DNA of 63,109 nt, filler included, from Octopus bimaculoides (Eukaryota), in the NCBI RefSeq assembly GCF_001194135.2. It is 6 parts of 5 records of this genome, joined end to end, with 100 filler letters (N's around TTAATTAATTAA, not from the genome) between each part and the next. Parts side by side here need not be neighbours in the genome. Positions count along the whole stretch, not along the records: positions 16,963 to 42,667 come from NC_068993.1; 5 more parts are not named here. One strand, given 5' to 3'. The notes under the pieces are model-generated. The model saw only the letters and a list, made by a program, of their open reading frames with translations, made no database searches and was not told where the DNA came from. Positions 27,904-39,889 of the stretch are shown in pieces (the stretch's first letter is position 1; each line of letters begins with the position of its first letter). A program made the translations under genes and the position numbers.

Positions 27904-28368
27904 NNNNNNNNNNNNNNNNNNNNNNNNNNNNNNNNNNNNNNNNNNNNNNNNNNNNNNNNNNNNNNNNNNNNNNNNNNNNNNNNNNNNNNNNNNNNNNNNN
28001 NNNNNNNNNNNNNNNNNNNNNNNNNNNNNNNNNNNNNNNNNNNNNNNNNNNNNNNNNNNNNNNNNNNNNNNNNNNNNNNNNNNNNNNNNNNNNNNNNNNN
28101 NNNNNNNNNNNNNNNNNNNNNNNNNNNNNNNNNNNNNNNNNNNNNNNNNNNNNNNNNNNNNNNNNNNNNNNNNNNNNNNNNNNNNNNNNNNNNNNNNNNN
28201 NNNNNNNNNNNNNNNNNNNNNNNNNNNNNNNNNNNNNNNNNNNNNNNNNNNNNNNNNNNNNNNNNNNNNNNNNNNNNNNNNNNNNNNNNNNNNNNNNNNN
28301 NNNNNNNNNNNNNNNNNNNNNNNNNNNNNNNNNNNNNNNNNNNNNNNNNNNNNNNNNNNNNNNNNNNN

Positions 28369-28369
<1 letters not shown>

Positions 28370-28456
<87 letters not shown>
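28370..28456. repeat. (TAA)n microsatellite
   Basis: Direct reading; abuts an N gap. Confidence 0.97.
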
Positions 28457-28459
<3 letters not shown>

Positions 28460-28511
28460 CGATGAAATTAACCTTGACAAATAAAGTATAACCAAGAGTC
28501 CAGGTCTTAGA

Positions 28512-29260
28512 ATACGTGAAGTTATTTGATTTTGCCCACTTTTTTCTCTTAGGGTCAGGAATTTGTCTAGTTAATTTTTTTTTTAATTTTCGAAGATAAT
28601 TTTCCTATGAATCGTAAGTACTATTTCATTTGTAATAAGTCGTCTATTAAGTTCTCATACTCGATAATGCCAAACTTAGCGTCTATTATTGCATCCATCA
28701 ATAGAAGCAAAATAAGTAAATATGGGACACTCCTGTGGTGTAAGTTTTGGTAATAGCATTCAGAGCATTAACCAGGATACTGGTAATAATGCCAACTTAT
28801 TGCACTCGTCCGCATTTTCGGACCCTGATGAACTGGTATCTGGGATTAGGCATATAGGAAACCAGGTAAGAAATATTAATAACAGTATCAGAAACCCTAA
28901 TTTATGTCCCCTTGCTGGTTTCTGTTTAAGAAAAAATGTGGTTTATAAATGTGTCGCTAAAGAGGAGAATAATTTAGATAAGGCGTACATTGGGAGTACG
29001 GTTCATTTTAAAAGGAAATATAGGGCCCACATAAATTCCTTATCGAATGCAAAATATTGTAACTCTACTACGCTTGCCTCATACATACATGACTCGAAGA
29101 AGAAGAATAGGAGCTACAGCATTGAATAGTCTATTATTTCCGGGGCCCCTCATTTTAGTGCGAATGTAAATTGTGTATAAATCATATGGACCAAAACTAT
29201 TAAATAAATTCTCTGATGTAATCCCCTTTCGCAAACAATTTTCTTCTACATTCGTGAAAA
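28512..29260 (+). pseudogene. Penelope-like element (Neptune-type) RT-EN linker and GIY-YIG endonuclease, decayed
   Basis: IREVI*FCPLFSLRV..NFPMNRKY..IKFSYSIMPNLASIIASIN, then CPLAGFCLRKNVVYKC..AYIGST..FKRKYRAHINS..NSTTLASYIHDSK..YSIE*SII; Cys-rich linker followed by the GIY-YIG YIG motif. Confidence 0.85.
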
Positions 29261-29709
29261 TATACAAAGATAAAATTAAGCCTATTAGATAACCATTTGA
29301 TTGCCCACCTGGTTTTGAAACCAGATAGAGATTGAAACAATCTCTGAATACTAGCCACCTGTTTAGTAGTAGTAAAAAATTATGCATTATAGATTAATCC
29401 TTGCTGATGATATCATGTTTTAAAGTTTTTAACTTTTAATTTTTAGGCCTATGAATTTTTAATTGGTTTCACGCTCAATATAAATGTCTCTCCTTTTTCT
29501 TGTAATAACTAGCAGAAAGAACGCCCTCCGGGCGGTTCTCTGCCAGCCACTTGATAATATTTTCACATTTGATTCCCGATTCTAATAATTTATATGATAT
29601 TTTACGTCTAATTATTTCTTTGTATAATAATGCTCACTTGCTTAATAAATATTGCATTCATTATCTTATCACAGTCATAATTTAAATTTTATTTGTGTAA
29701 AAATATTTT

Positions 29710-29807
29710 CGTCGCTTTGAAACTGTGACCTGTTCACGGGAAAAGCTTCACAAAGTGATGCAAAACGAAGTCTTTTTCAGTGAATAGGTCGTGATTTCAA
29801 AGCGACG
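29710..29807. repeat. ~100-bp imperfect hairpin (MITE-like)
   Basis: CGTCGCTTTGAAA-CTGTGACCTGTTCAC ... GTGAATAGGTCGTGA-TTTCAAAGCGACG. Confidence 0.7.
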
Positions 29808-30596
29808 GTGGGGGTAAAAGATTAGCTTACAATTTGTTTGTTTTTTTTGTTTTTCTTCCACCAATGGAGCACGCATGTGTTATTTCGATATCACCATTCC
29901 ATAAAATGTGTTTAATGGGGAAAAAATATTGAAAAAACATCAATACATGTGAAAGTGAAAAGAGAGGGCTGTTTGAGTTGTGCTAGAAACAACATCGAAA
30001 CCTCTCTTGAATTGTTCCCCATTTTTCTGAAAATATTTACAATTTCTTTTTTCTGTTTTACCGAAAAGGCTCCTCCTATGGTTTTTAAGTTAAAAAGGGA
30101 AATGGCCAAAATCGGTCCGGGTAGTTATTATTGTCAGGCTTATAGCGTTCCAAACAGCCATAACAAAATCATCATTTTAATATTCTTTTACAAAAATTAT
30201 ATGGGTATTTAAAAAAATTTCATTCAATAAATGTTTTTATAGTACGTATACATTAATAGAAGAAACTGTCGGTTTTCCAAATAGCGAGTTAAAAATTGAA
30301 AGGAAAGGATTAAATGAGAAGTGAGACTTTGCAAAAAAAAAAAAAAAAAGGAATGCTCTGCAGTGAATGCAATGAATATTTAAATATGCGAGAAATTGGA
30401 GTTTAAAAAATTCAATAAACTTGAGAAATCGAAATTACAGGAAATTTCTTAGAACATGGATTTATAAAAATATTTCCTGATGGTCAACTCTTTAATACTT
30501 GTGTTTCTTTAGTACTTTTAGTAATTTTTACATACCTAATTATTAAGCAGCTTTCTCCATTATAGTATAGATGACGGATTACCAGCATGTGAAACC

Positions 30597-32324
30597 TCTG
30601 TGAGACAATTGCTTACGTTATTTTAAAGGTTAATTAAAGTGTTTATCCAGTTGTATTTTTGTCATTAATTGTGTCTTAAGACACTTCTTTTGCGACAGTT
30701 TTGTTGACGCTTTCCCTCTTGTTTGAAGTGGGTAGCACAGATGTGAAAAATGGAATATGACAGAGCTTTTCGGAATTCACAACTTCCGAGGAAGAATTGC
30801 TGAGAGCAATTTCTGTGGTGGACAAGAAAGTAGAAAAAATGAATTTTGCGGCCGTGGCCAAAAACCACGATAAAGAAATTAATGTAAATATGGAGAAAAT
30901 ACAAGAATATATTTCGCAGGGAGGGCACGACCTAAAGGTGACTCCTCCCCAAGAAGTGACAAGGAAAACAAAGGAAAAAGTAATTAATTACAGGATATAC
31001 AGTGTAAAAATCAAGAAAAATTGAAATGATGACGACGAACCAAATTGAAAAGTTGCTAAAACCCATCTGGCAGGGAAATTCCTACCTTGCCAGAGGAAGG
31101 AAATTCGGAATAGTGGAGGGGCGGTTTCGAGATGAACCCACTGCCATGTTATACTCGGCAGCCCCCTTAAAAACCGATGAGATTGTACTTCTGCCTATAT
31201 ACCTTAAAAGGCGTACTTCCAGGGTAGGGGTAGAAGGCATCCCTTCGGAAGTAGATGTGGACTGGCTAGTAGCTGCAATACTGCTAGGCCTTGAACAAAA
31301 AAAAGTGGTCCTTCAAACCACCAGTACTGCGCATAAAAATTAGCAAGGCCAGAACCTGGATAGGGTAATCCAGGCCGCCCCGGAGGACCTAGAAAATATG
31401 GTTGAGGCCATTACAGTCGACGAAGTCTTACTCATGATTAGAGTGGAGAGTAGGATCCCTTACTGCTACAAATGTTTCCAAAAAGGGCACATTAGAGCGG
31501 AATGTCCTCCACTGCCCGTAAAGAGAAGTGGCACCTGAGACTAGAAAGGAAACTGCATCTCTACCGCCGGCGAGAAATAGTGGGAGAGAGTTTAGAACCG
31601 AGGATGGAGAAATCAAAGAAAAAAACCAAAGATGGATGGGAAACTGCAGGAAAGAGGAGCAGAAGGAGAAAAAGGCATAATCTATGAATGATAATCCCCA
31701 TTTCACACCTACCCGACTCCCAACCAGACCTACTCTACCCCACCTTTCCCTGCAGATACCAACCCTATCCCTACCCCACCTGACACAATCACACAAGAGC
31801 CCCAAACTTCCCAACCCCACCCTGTGGAGAAAAATATATTGTCTTTTACGATGTGTCATATTATAAGCTAGTTAAGGAGGTAAACAGCTGGGACTAACTA
31901 ATAAAGTTAAACACTATACAATGTAGAGGGGTGCCCTTGCATTTGCGTGAGCTATAGCGGACCCCGAGAACATACCAAGACTGATAGAATACGGGGACAA
32001 TGCTTTTTACTGGGAAAAGAAAATGGACACCAAGAGAATGTCAAAGTCGGTGAGTTAGCACGAACTTATTAATGACTTTCGAATCGGCATTTTATGTGTT
32101 GAATAGATGTTAAAAGTTTAAAAAAGAATTTATCGTTTATAACAAGGATAAATGAAGTCACCCGGATGTGTGGTCGAGTGGCTTCATTTTACTTTTCATT
32201 TTTCATTTTCATTATTTAATCCATCCTTTTTTTCATTCGTTTTTTTTTTGTTCACACTTTCGTGTTTTTGTCTGTCCTTGTTCTGTCTCCTCTATGTTTA
32301 GCCCCCTGTGGGCAATAAAGAAAT
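30597..32324 (+). mobile_element. Non-LTR retroelement carrying only a decayed gag-like ORF1 with CCHC knuckle (L1/Tx1-type, HAL1-like)
   Basis: ORF pieces 30797-31024 and 31026-31343 read through one TAG into CYKCFQKGHIRAEC (31464-31505, CX2CX4HX4C); basic KKKTKDGWETAGKRSRRRK segment; T-rich 3'UTR ending GGGCAATAAAGAAAT; CAGCATGTGAAACC direct repeat at 30583-30596 and 32325-32338; no EN/RT recognised. Confidence 0.7.
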
Positions 32325-32439
32325 CAGCATGTGAAACCACTTTGGTGAAGATATTTTTTCCTGATGAAGGGTCCATTGCCGGCTTGGTGTTTTAATGTGT
32401 TAATGGATTGTTGCAGTGGCTCCTGAAATGGCCTAAGAT

Positions 32440-32718
32440 TTGGATTAGCAGATTAGTGTATTTGGCTGATATATTTTAGCACCTCAATATTTTGAATGAA
32501 AGGAAATGAAGAAAATTCTTCGACATCTGCTGATAAAATGAAAGCATTTCAGAAAAAACTACTTATCTGGAAGAAAATAACTTCTGAGGGGAATTTGGAA
32601 ATGTTTCCTTTGATAAATACAACTTACAGAAATGATATCTTCCCTTTAATACTTGAAGACTTGACAAATTTGGAAGACAAATTAAATTATTATTTTCCAT
32701 CACTTAACACTGAACAGC
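32440..32718 (+). pseudogene. hAT (Buster/Charlie-like) transposase fragment
   Basis: WISRLVYLADIF..HLNILN..DKMKAFQKKLLIWKK..GNLEMFP..L..KLNYYFP matches the Buster/SCAND3/ZBED5-type C-terminal region; runs into an N gap. Confidence 0.8.
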
Positions 32719-33391
32719 NNNNNNNNNNNNNNNNNNNNNNNNNNNNNNNNNNNNNNNNNNNNNNNNNNNNNNNNNNNNNNNNNNNNNNNNNNNNNNNNNN
32801 NNNNNNNNNNNNNNNNNNNNNNNNNNNNNNNNNNNNNNNNNNNNNNNNNNNNNNNNNNNNNNNNNNNNNNNNNNNNNNNNNNNNNNNNNNNNNNNNNNNN
32901 NNNNNNNNNNNNNNNNNNNNNNNNNNNNNNNNNNNNNNNNNNNNNNNNNNNNNNNNNNNNNNNNNNNNNNNNNNNNNNNNNNNNNNNNNNNNNNNNNNNN
33001 NNNNNNNNNNNNNNNNNNNNNNNNNNNNNNNNNNNNNNNNNNNNNNNNNNNNNNNNNNNNNNNNNNNNNNNNNNNNNNNNNNNNNNNNNNNNNNNNNNNN
33101 NNNNNNNNNNNNNNNNNNNNNNNNNNNNNNNNNNNNNNNNNNNNNNNNNTGTTGGTAATGAAATATTTAAATATGTGAATGGATGAAAACCCCGGAAGAC
33201 TTGCTCATAGGTCACCAAGTTTGCAAAGTTATCTTGAATAAATGTAATAGAATATCATGTAAGCGTTGAACTTAAAATAGTCTAGGAGAGTTTGTGGTGC
33301 GTTGACAAATCTGGTTATTGCGGGGAGTGCAAAAAGATTAAAGCTCGAAACATCAAATTGTCCTACTCCTCACGCAATCAGATGCATTCAT

Positions 33392-33600
33392 TTCTACTCT
33401 AGGCACAAGGCTCAGCATTTTGGGGGAGGGGCCAGTCGATTAGATCGACCTCAGTACGCAACTGGTACTTAATTATCGACCCCTAAAGGATGAAAGGGAA
33501 AGTCGCCCTCGGCGGAATTTGAACTCAGGACGTAAAGACAGCCGAAATGCCGGTAAGCATTTCATCCGGCATGCTAACATTTCTGCCAGGTGGGCCGCCT
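33392..33600 (-). mobile_element. SINE family C
   Basis: Reverse complement of the family C consensus. Confidence 0.88.
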
Positions 33601-33771
33601 TTCGCAAACAGATATATTGACATCCAAGCTCTCCTGGATTTAGCAATATCATTGTTGACATCACATACTCTTAAAAGTTTATCGTATTCCAAATTTTACC
33701 CCCAAGATAGTCTAAACTCCGATATTGGGAAAGTGCTGGGTAAGTTTTTCCTCAACCACTTGAGCTATGTA

Positions 33772-33968
33772 CGAGGGGGTACTGAAAAGGTCTTAGTTCT
33801 AAGAGTATCACTATAATCCAGGAGTTCTTTTACAGGGCTTAAAAAACTGAAGGGTCACTGCAATAAATTCGTGAATCTGATAGGGGAATATGTTGAATAT
33901 AATCATTATTAACTAATCCTCTCGTATTTTCTTTTACCCAAAGCCAAGAACTTTTCAGCACCCCTTCG
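33772..33968 (+). mobile_element. Internally deleted mariner (MITE-sized) with TA target duplication
   Basis: TA|CGAGGGGGTACTGAAAAGGTCTTAG ... CCAAGAACTTTTCAGCACCCCTTCG|TA; the interior retains the mariner C-terminal remnant GLKKL..CNKFVNLIGEYVE. Confidence 0.85.
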
Positions 33969-35624
33969 TAACGAACTAGGAATTAACTCCTAATCAGTAT
34001 TATTTTGTTTCTTTATACATTAAAGCTGTTTCTTATTATCTTCTATAGGTAGCACCAAGGTTGTCTAAGAATGCTTTCGAAAAATCTGGTTGTGCTTGTT
34101 CTCGCTTATAAATGAAAGGCAATTATGTATTATCTACACATAAGCTCAATGGAATATTTGTAAAAGTGACATACCGGATTGCTGATTCATGCGTCACTTC
34201 TTTAAATCTACAGCAAGTGTTTTATCGTAAATTAATTATACTATCTTATATTGGAATCATATCATCAATATGTAGTACAAGAATTTAATCAATAGGAACG
34301 AACCTTAGTTTCCCAGATCTGATATTTATTTCCTCAACCTAAGAATGATGAAATACTAAGTCGTTCAGTGTAGGATTTGAACACAAAAGATAGCGATATA
34401 AACCAAGATATGCTACGTCATTTAATGCGACATTCTATTGTATCTACGGCTCTTTCTGTCTTCGATCATGATTAAGTCTTGTGCTAAGACTAAAACTAGT
34501 TTGAGAAAAGTGCCCAGTATATTAAATCTCAGAACTTCGCTTGTAATTTATTATACCGACTCTGAAAATATAACGATTAATGTTGTTGCTGCTTGGATTT
34601 GAACTCATGGCGAACATTATCAGATCTCTACACAATTTCATCCAGTCTTACTTTTGTGAAGCATTTATAATTTTAACAATAATTAACTGAGTGGCGTACG
34701 TGCATTTAAACAAAAGTTAAGCCCATGATGTGGGCATTTTGTGACATAGTTCCAATTCCCGTTTGAAACACTCTCTTATCATTTATGTCATTATTGCTCT
34801 TGGGAAATACAGGAACATAGTTACATTCCATTTTTTTTTCTCAGCTCTAAAATGATAATTTTTGTTTGTGTTTAATTAGAATTGGCAAGGTAGCATTTTT
34901 CTCATCATTTTAGAATATTGCTGCGTTGCATATCAATGCACAGGCGACTGAGTTATTAGAGAACCAGATAACATCAAGAATTCAGAGGTTTGTGTTCCCG
35001 TCTATTATAATTCCATTCATATCTAGGGTGCCATATAGGGATAATAAATCGATTCCAGTACTTGATGTATACTTTATTTGAATGAGCCCAGAAACATGAA
35101 AGTAATACTGATGCTGTTTACGGAAGCTGTATATATCCGTGAAGAAACCGGTCCACCTAGCTATAAATATCTCTCACAAGTGTCAAAGCATAGATACAAT
35201 ACATTTCTACCGACAGGAGCAGCACTGTCATTAGCTAACTTGCATTGCCTAGATAATTTTTCTCAGACTTTTGCGCTTAGTAGTGGAACCCAGCGCAACG
35301 GGAATCACTGCCGAGTTTAATTTCTTCCACGGAAAAGGATATCTTTGATAGACATGGTTCATATCTAGGATAGACATGTTTCATATCACTTCTGTCTTTT
35401 GTTTAATTAACACTGTGAAATGTAGAATCATATAACAAAACCATAGCGTTTTGGGATTCGGAAACACTTTAATTCAGATGTACTCCATTCAACGATAGAT
35501 CATATTTTAAAAAGAGTCTCTCTTACAGATGTTTCATTGAAGCCTTATCTACTCATTTCAACACGCGCACATGCACGCGCGCGTGCACACATAATACACA
35601 TACATGTGGAGAGAGTAAGAAGGA

Positions 35625-36375
35625 AAAAGAAAGTATGGGTCACTAATGACATCTTGATTTAAGACGGGGTTTGGGGAAGAACAAGCAAACGTGTCAGGAA
35701 GCATGTCAGCAATACAATGCTGCGAATACGAAGGTTAGGAAAAAAAAATGAAGGAAATTAAAGAAGAATGAATAAGAGGCTAGTGCAAAATAATTGAAGT
35801 TGGAATAAAGAAGGGTAACTACAAATTTGCTTATAAAATCCACAAAATCATAACGAAAACAAAGACAGCGCCACTATTACTGAGGACAAAACAAGACTGA
35901 TTCTCGCAGATGAGAATGCTGTCATCAAAAGTTCGTCTGAGTACTGCGAAGACCATTACAATCACAAACTCAAACATGACAGCAATATAGTAGGCAATTC
36001 CAACAACAACAATAACAGAGAACTTGGTAATACTCCAGTTCTCCAGAGGAAGTCGGAGTAATGCGCATGCGCAAAGAAAGTAAATCCTGGGGAGTTGATA
36101 ACATCTCATCAGAACTCCTAAAACATGGAGGGACAAAGCTTATCAAGGCTCTATCAGCTACCTGTCAGAGAATATTGAAGACTGCCAGAATTATAGAACA
36201 ATCAGCCAAATTAGCTACTCCAGAAAAAAATTGCTATGGGTTCTGTGATTTCTGTTAAACAGACTTATGGGGAAGGCAGAAGAAATCCTTGCAGAACAAG
36301 CAGGATTTAATCCCCAAAGGAGTACTGCGGAGTAGATATTGAACATTCGACTGCTCACTGAGAAACAACTGCAGC
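35625..36375 (+). pseudogene. RTE-clade LINE fragment (inter-domain region and start of RT)
   Basis: SEYCEDHYN..KSWGVDNISSELLKHGG..DCQNYRTISQIS..KAEEILAE.QAGF..QRSTAE*ILNIRLLTEK, read with frameshifts. Confidence 0.8.
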
Positions 36376-36742
36376 ATACACACATACGCATACATAAATC
36401 TCTTTTTCTATATTTTAAGTCAATCTTCATACATTTCTACGCAATTCCTCGCTGATTCTCACGCTCCCACTTTCCCTCCCTTAGTTTCCTTTACTCTCTC
36501 TTCCTCAATTTTTCCTTTGCCTCTCTATCTCTACTCCTTTCTCATTCATATCTGTGCATTATCCCCGTGTCCCTCTCTGTCCTGTCTCTCCTTCCCTCTC
36601 TCTGTCAAATTACACATTTCTCTTCTTTCTCACTTGCTCACTCTTATTTTTGCTCATTGTCATACACTTTTCTCGCATGTATTTACAAACTCTCTATCTT
36701 TCTTTACTCTCTCTCCCCATCTCTTCAGCATACACACATGCG

Positions 36743-36778
<36 letters not shown>

Positions 36779-38701
36779 TACACAAACACACAAACACACA
36801 CACGCGTATGCACACACATACACGCACAGATACACCACAAACATACACACACAGACAGTTTCTCTCTTTTTCTCACCTGCATATACACTCAGTCTCTTTC
36901 TCTTTCCCTCTCAGCCTTTTTCTGTTGCTTTCCCTCTCATATTTCTTACTCTCTCAATTTGAAATCTGTCTTTCTATCACTCTCTCTCTCTCTCTCCCTC
37001 ACACTCTGATGCTCTCCTTAACCACCACTCCCACACACTCACTACTGAATGTCATGCTCTCATTCTACCACACCTTCTCTTTTTACTTTGTCGTTCTTTT
37101 CTTTTCAGGCACTTCACCCACCTCTCACACCCTCCTACACACTCGCACTACATCGGACACCCCTCCTCCATCCACACAGTAAGCTTTCTTTTATCCTGCA
37201 CTCATACTTTATCTTCTTTTTACATACATTAACACAGAGAGATACACACTCACATACATACAGATACACATACGCACACATCTTCACTTCCCTCTCTCTC
37301 TCTCTCTCTCTCCCTCTTTCTCATATCTATAACATAAAGAGATACAATAAATCAAAGACAACATCTATGTCGCGATTTGCTCTACAAAATAAATGCATCG
37401 CGTTACAAGCCATGCTTTAGCTGCGTCCCTTAAAATGAATCCATTCTGTACAAAGGGCCTATTTATGCACATATGAGCGAATGAGGCTGGTGGGAGAGTG
37501 GATGAAAGGGTGCTCGATCTTCTAAATGGCCCCTTTAGAATTAATGCGTATTTTGGAGAAGAATCATTACTCTACGGCCACAGCTAATCAAACTTCTTGC
37601 AATGCAAGTATGCATGCATGCATACATGTTCGTATGTTTGTATGTATGTATGGATGTATGAATGTATGTATGTATGTATGTATGTATGTATGTATGGATG
37701 GATGGATGGATGCATGGATGCATGGATGGGTGAATGCATGTGTGTATGATTGTATGTGTGTGTGCATACATACATACACACATATATATACATATATAAA
37801 TACACTAATATGTTATGTACATACATTCACACGCACACATGCCGCGCACACGCATACACACCTATACACACACATACGTGTGTGTGTATTTGTGTGTGCG
37901 TTTTCGCGCGGGCGGGCGTGAGTGTGTGAATATATGAAAGTAACGTATGGTATATTATTCACTTACTGCTTTATACAACCAAAGCTACTTACTGGTCTGA
38001 AGTACAGCTTCAACCCTATAATCACAACCAGGAATATAATTAAGTAGAAATAAGGGCTTAACATAGGAAGCTTATAACCTGAAAAACTGCTATAATTCAT
38101 TAACCGTAGTTATGACTGGATTTGGGGAATTCAGCACTGAATGTTGTTTTGTGGTAGCTTGGCTCTGTTGGTTAAATTCAAGAATTTGATGGGTGTAATA
38201 GGAAGACACTGGGAGAGAAAATTATTAGCCGTCACACCATAAGAAGATAAATACACATAATTATTGTAGCTGTTGTTCTTCTTATGGCTTATCCTCCACG
38301 TCTGTCCTGATTAAATAAACATAGGATCAACAGCAATCGGCATGTGACTATTTCCATTATTTATTGAAGACACGATGTAACGTAGACTAAATCATCAAAT
38401 GCACGCTTGTTTCAACCGATAGTGTGTGATATAATGAAGATTTGACTATTATAGGTAGCAGATCCAATTGGTCATATAGAAGCTTGGTTAGCTGACCTAA
38501 ACAAGGAAAAGTCACCAGAATACAGAGTTTAAAATGAAATAGAAAAGATGTATTAATAGCATTGTCTGGGACTGGAATTTGAATATCATGAATGTAAACT
38601 TAATACCTACTTTATATAAAAGTAAACAGAAAATAAAGAAATATTGATCAACAACAATTGACTAACATCGATTGTTACTTTTTAATACAAATAGATTTTA
38701 T

Positions 38702-38807
38702 CTCATCTAACAGGTGTTTCTGCTTCCAATGTTCCACGTCATTGCCATTGAAAATTTTGAAAATAATATTCATCATAGTTGGAAGATGGAGCTTCATCAG
38801 AGTGAAG
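38702..38807 (-). ncRNA. Degenerate type I hammerhead-like motif with long stem II
   Basis: Minus: CUUCACU-CUGAUGA-A-GCUCCA..UUCCA...UGGAA..UGGAAGC-A-GAAAC-ACCU-GUU-AGAUGAG; same strand as, and about 1.1 kb downstream of, the Penelope-like element. Confidence 0.55.
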
Positions 38808-39132
38808 AAAATAGAGTGAAGGGGAAGCTGCAGTTCTGTAGTTAAGGGGAGGTAATGGCTAAGGGAGTGATCTACATTTAGAGAATAATAATACAAAGTC
38901 TAACTTCTGAATGAACAACCACAGTACCCAAGCAGTGGACTTACTAAGCAAACAGTATTTGGCTAAACATTCCTAATAACATTCATCGTAGTGGTCCTCT
39001 GGATAAGTATAAGTACAAATCCCCAAATTAATTAAATGATTACAATTCAATTACTTGATTATTACTATTATTGTTGCAGATGCAGGCTCATACTACAGTT
39101 TACTCAGTCATACTTAATATATATTATTATAA

Positions 39133-39173
<41 letters not shown>

Positions 39174-39889
39174 ACATTGTCGACATATCAACCCTTGCTT
39201 GGGTGCATACATATGGGGGCCACCACAATTGCACTTCCATATATGCACTAATATGCCTAAGAACAATAATAGTTCATAGGAAAGCGCCAACTAAAATACA
39301 AAGTACAAGCAAAGAGAATCTAAACAGGTGTGAAGTTAATATTAAAGTGTTAAAGTTTGTTATACGTGGAGTCGGGTTCTAAAATGAATAAACCTAATAG
39401 GAGGTCACCAATAAATGAAAGTTGTCCCATGCTGACTGAAATTAAGTTAAACAAGCTAACACATGGTGTGGAAAGTAAAGGTAGTTGCAAATAAAGCCAT
39501 TGCTAAGGTGGCAGATCCAGGTTCAATTTAGGGAGCGATAATGGTGGGAGAATGGGTACTTATGCTCTCTATATTCCAAATGAAGTTCAAAGTTAAAAGA
39601 ACTCGAATAATTAAAGAGAAAGTTGTATTAAGGAGAGATAAACTGATATATAATTTAGTTATTATGTGTCGGAAGTGGAATTTTAAACTCGGATATGTTG
39701 GTGTAGGGATATTAATGCTTGATTACCTAAGTGTGTAATACTATTAAACTAGCTTAAATTGGAAGTTAATATCTGCCATAATTTAGTATCGAATTCTACT
39801 ATTTCTGTAGTGAAAACCTCTGAGTGCTATTTGTGGGGATGATGCAAACGGGTCCCTAATACTATTTATATTTAGGGAAAGTAAACTTA

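Noticed and set aside
29404-29480. CTGATGA downstream of the plus-strand Penelope fragment
   Set aside because: The position fits a pseudo-LTR ribozyme, but no stem II partner or GAAAC follows; at most an unrecognisable relic.
32361-32385. CTGATGAAGGGTCCATTGCC
   Set aside because: No GAAAC downstream; the upstream GAAAC..GTG has G at the cleavage position and no pairing stem II.
35108-35155. CTGATGC..TTTACGGA/TCCGTGAA-GAAAC-CG-GTC
   Set aside because: The 8-bp stem is good, but the core is CUGAUGC with extra bases and there is no stem I; it could be chance.
37905-37920. GC-box pair (CGCGCGGGCGGGCG) as a promoter
   Set aside because: It is embedded in a (TG)n-derived tract, with no CpG island or adjacent gene evidence.
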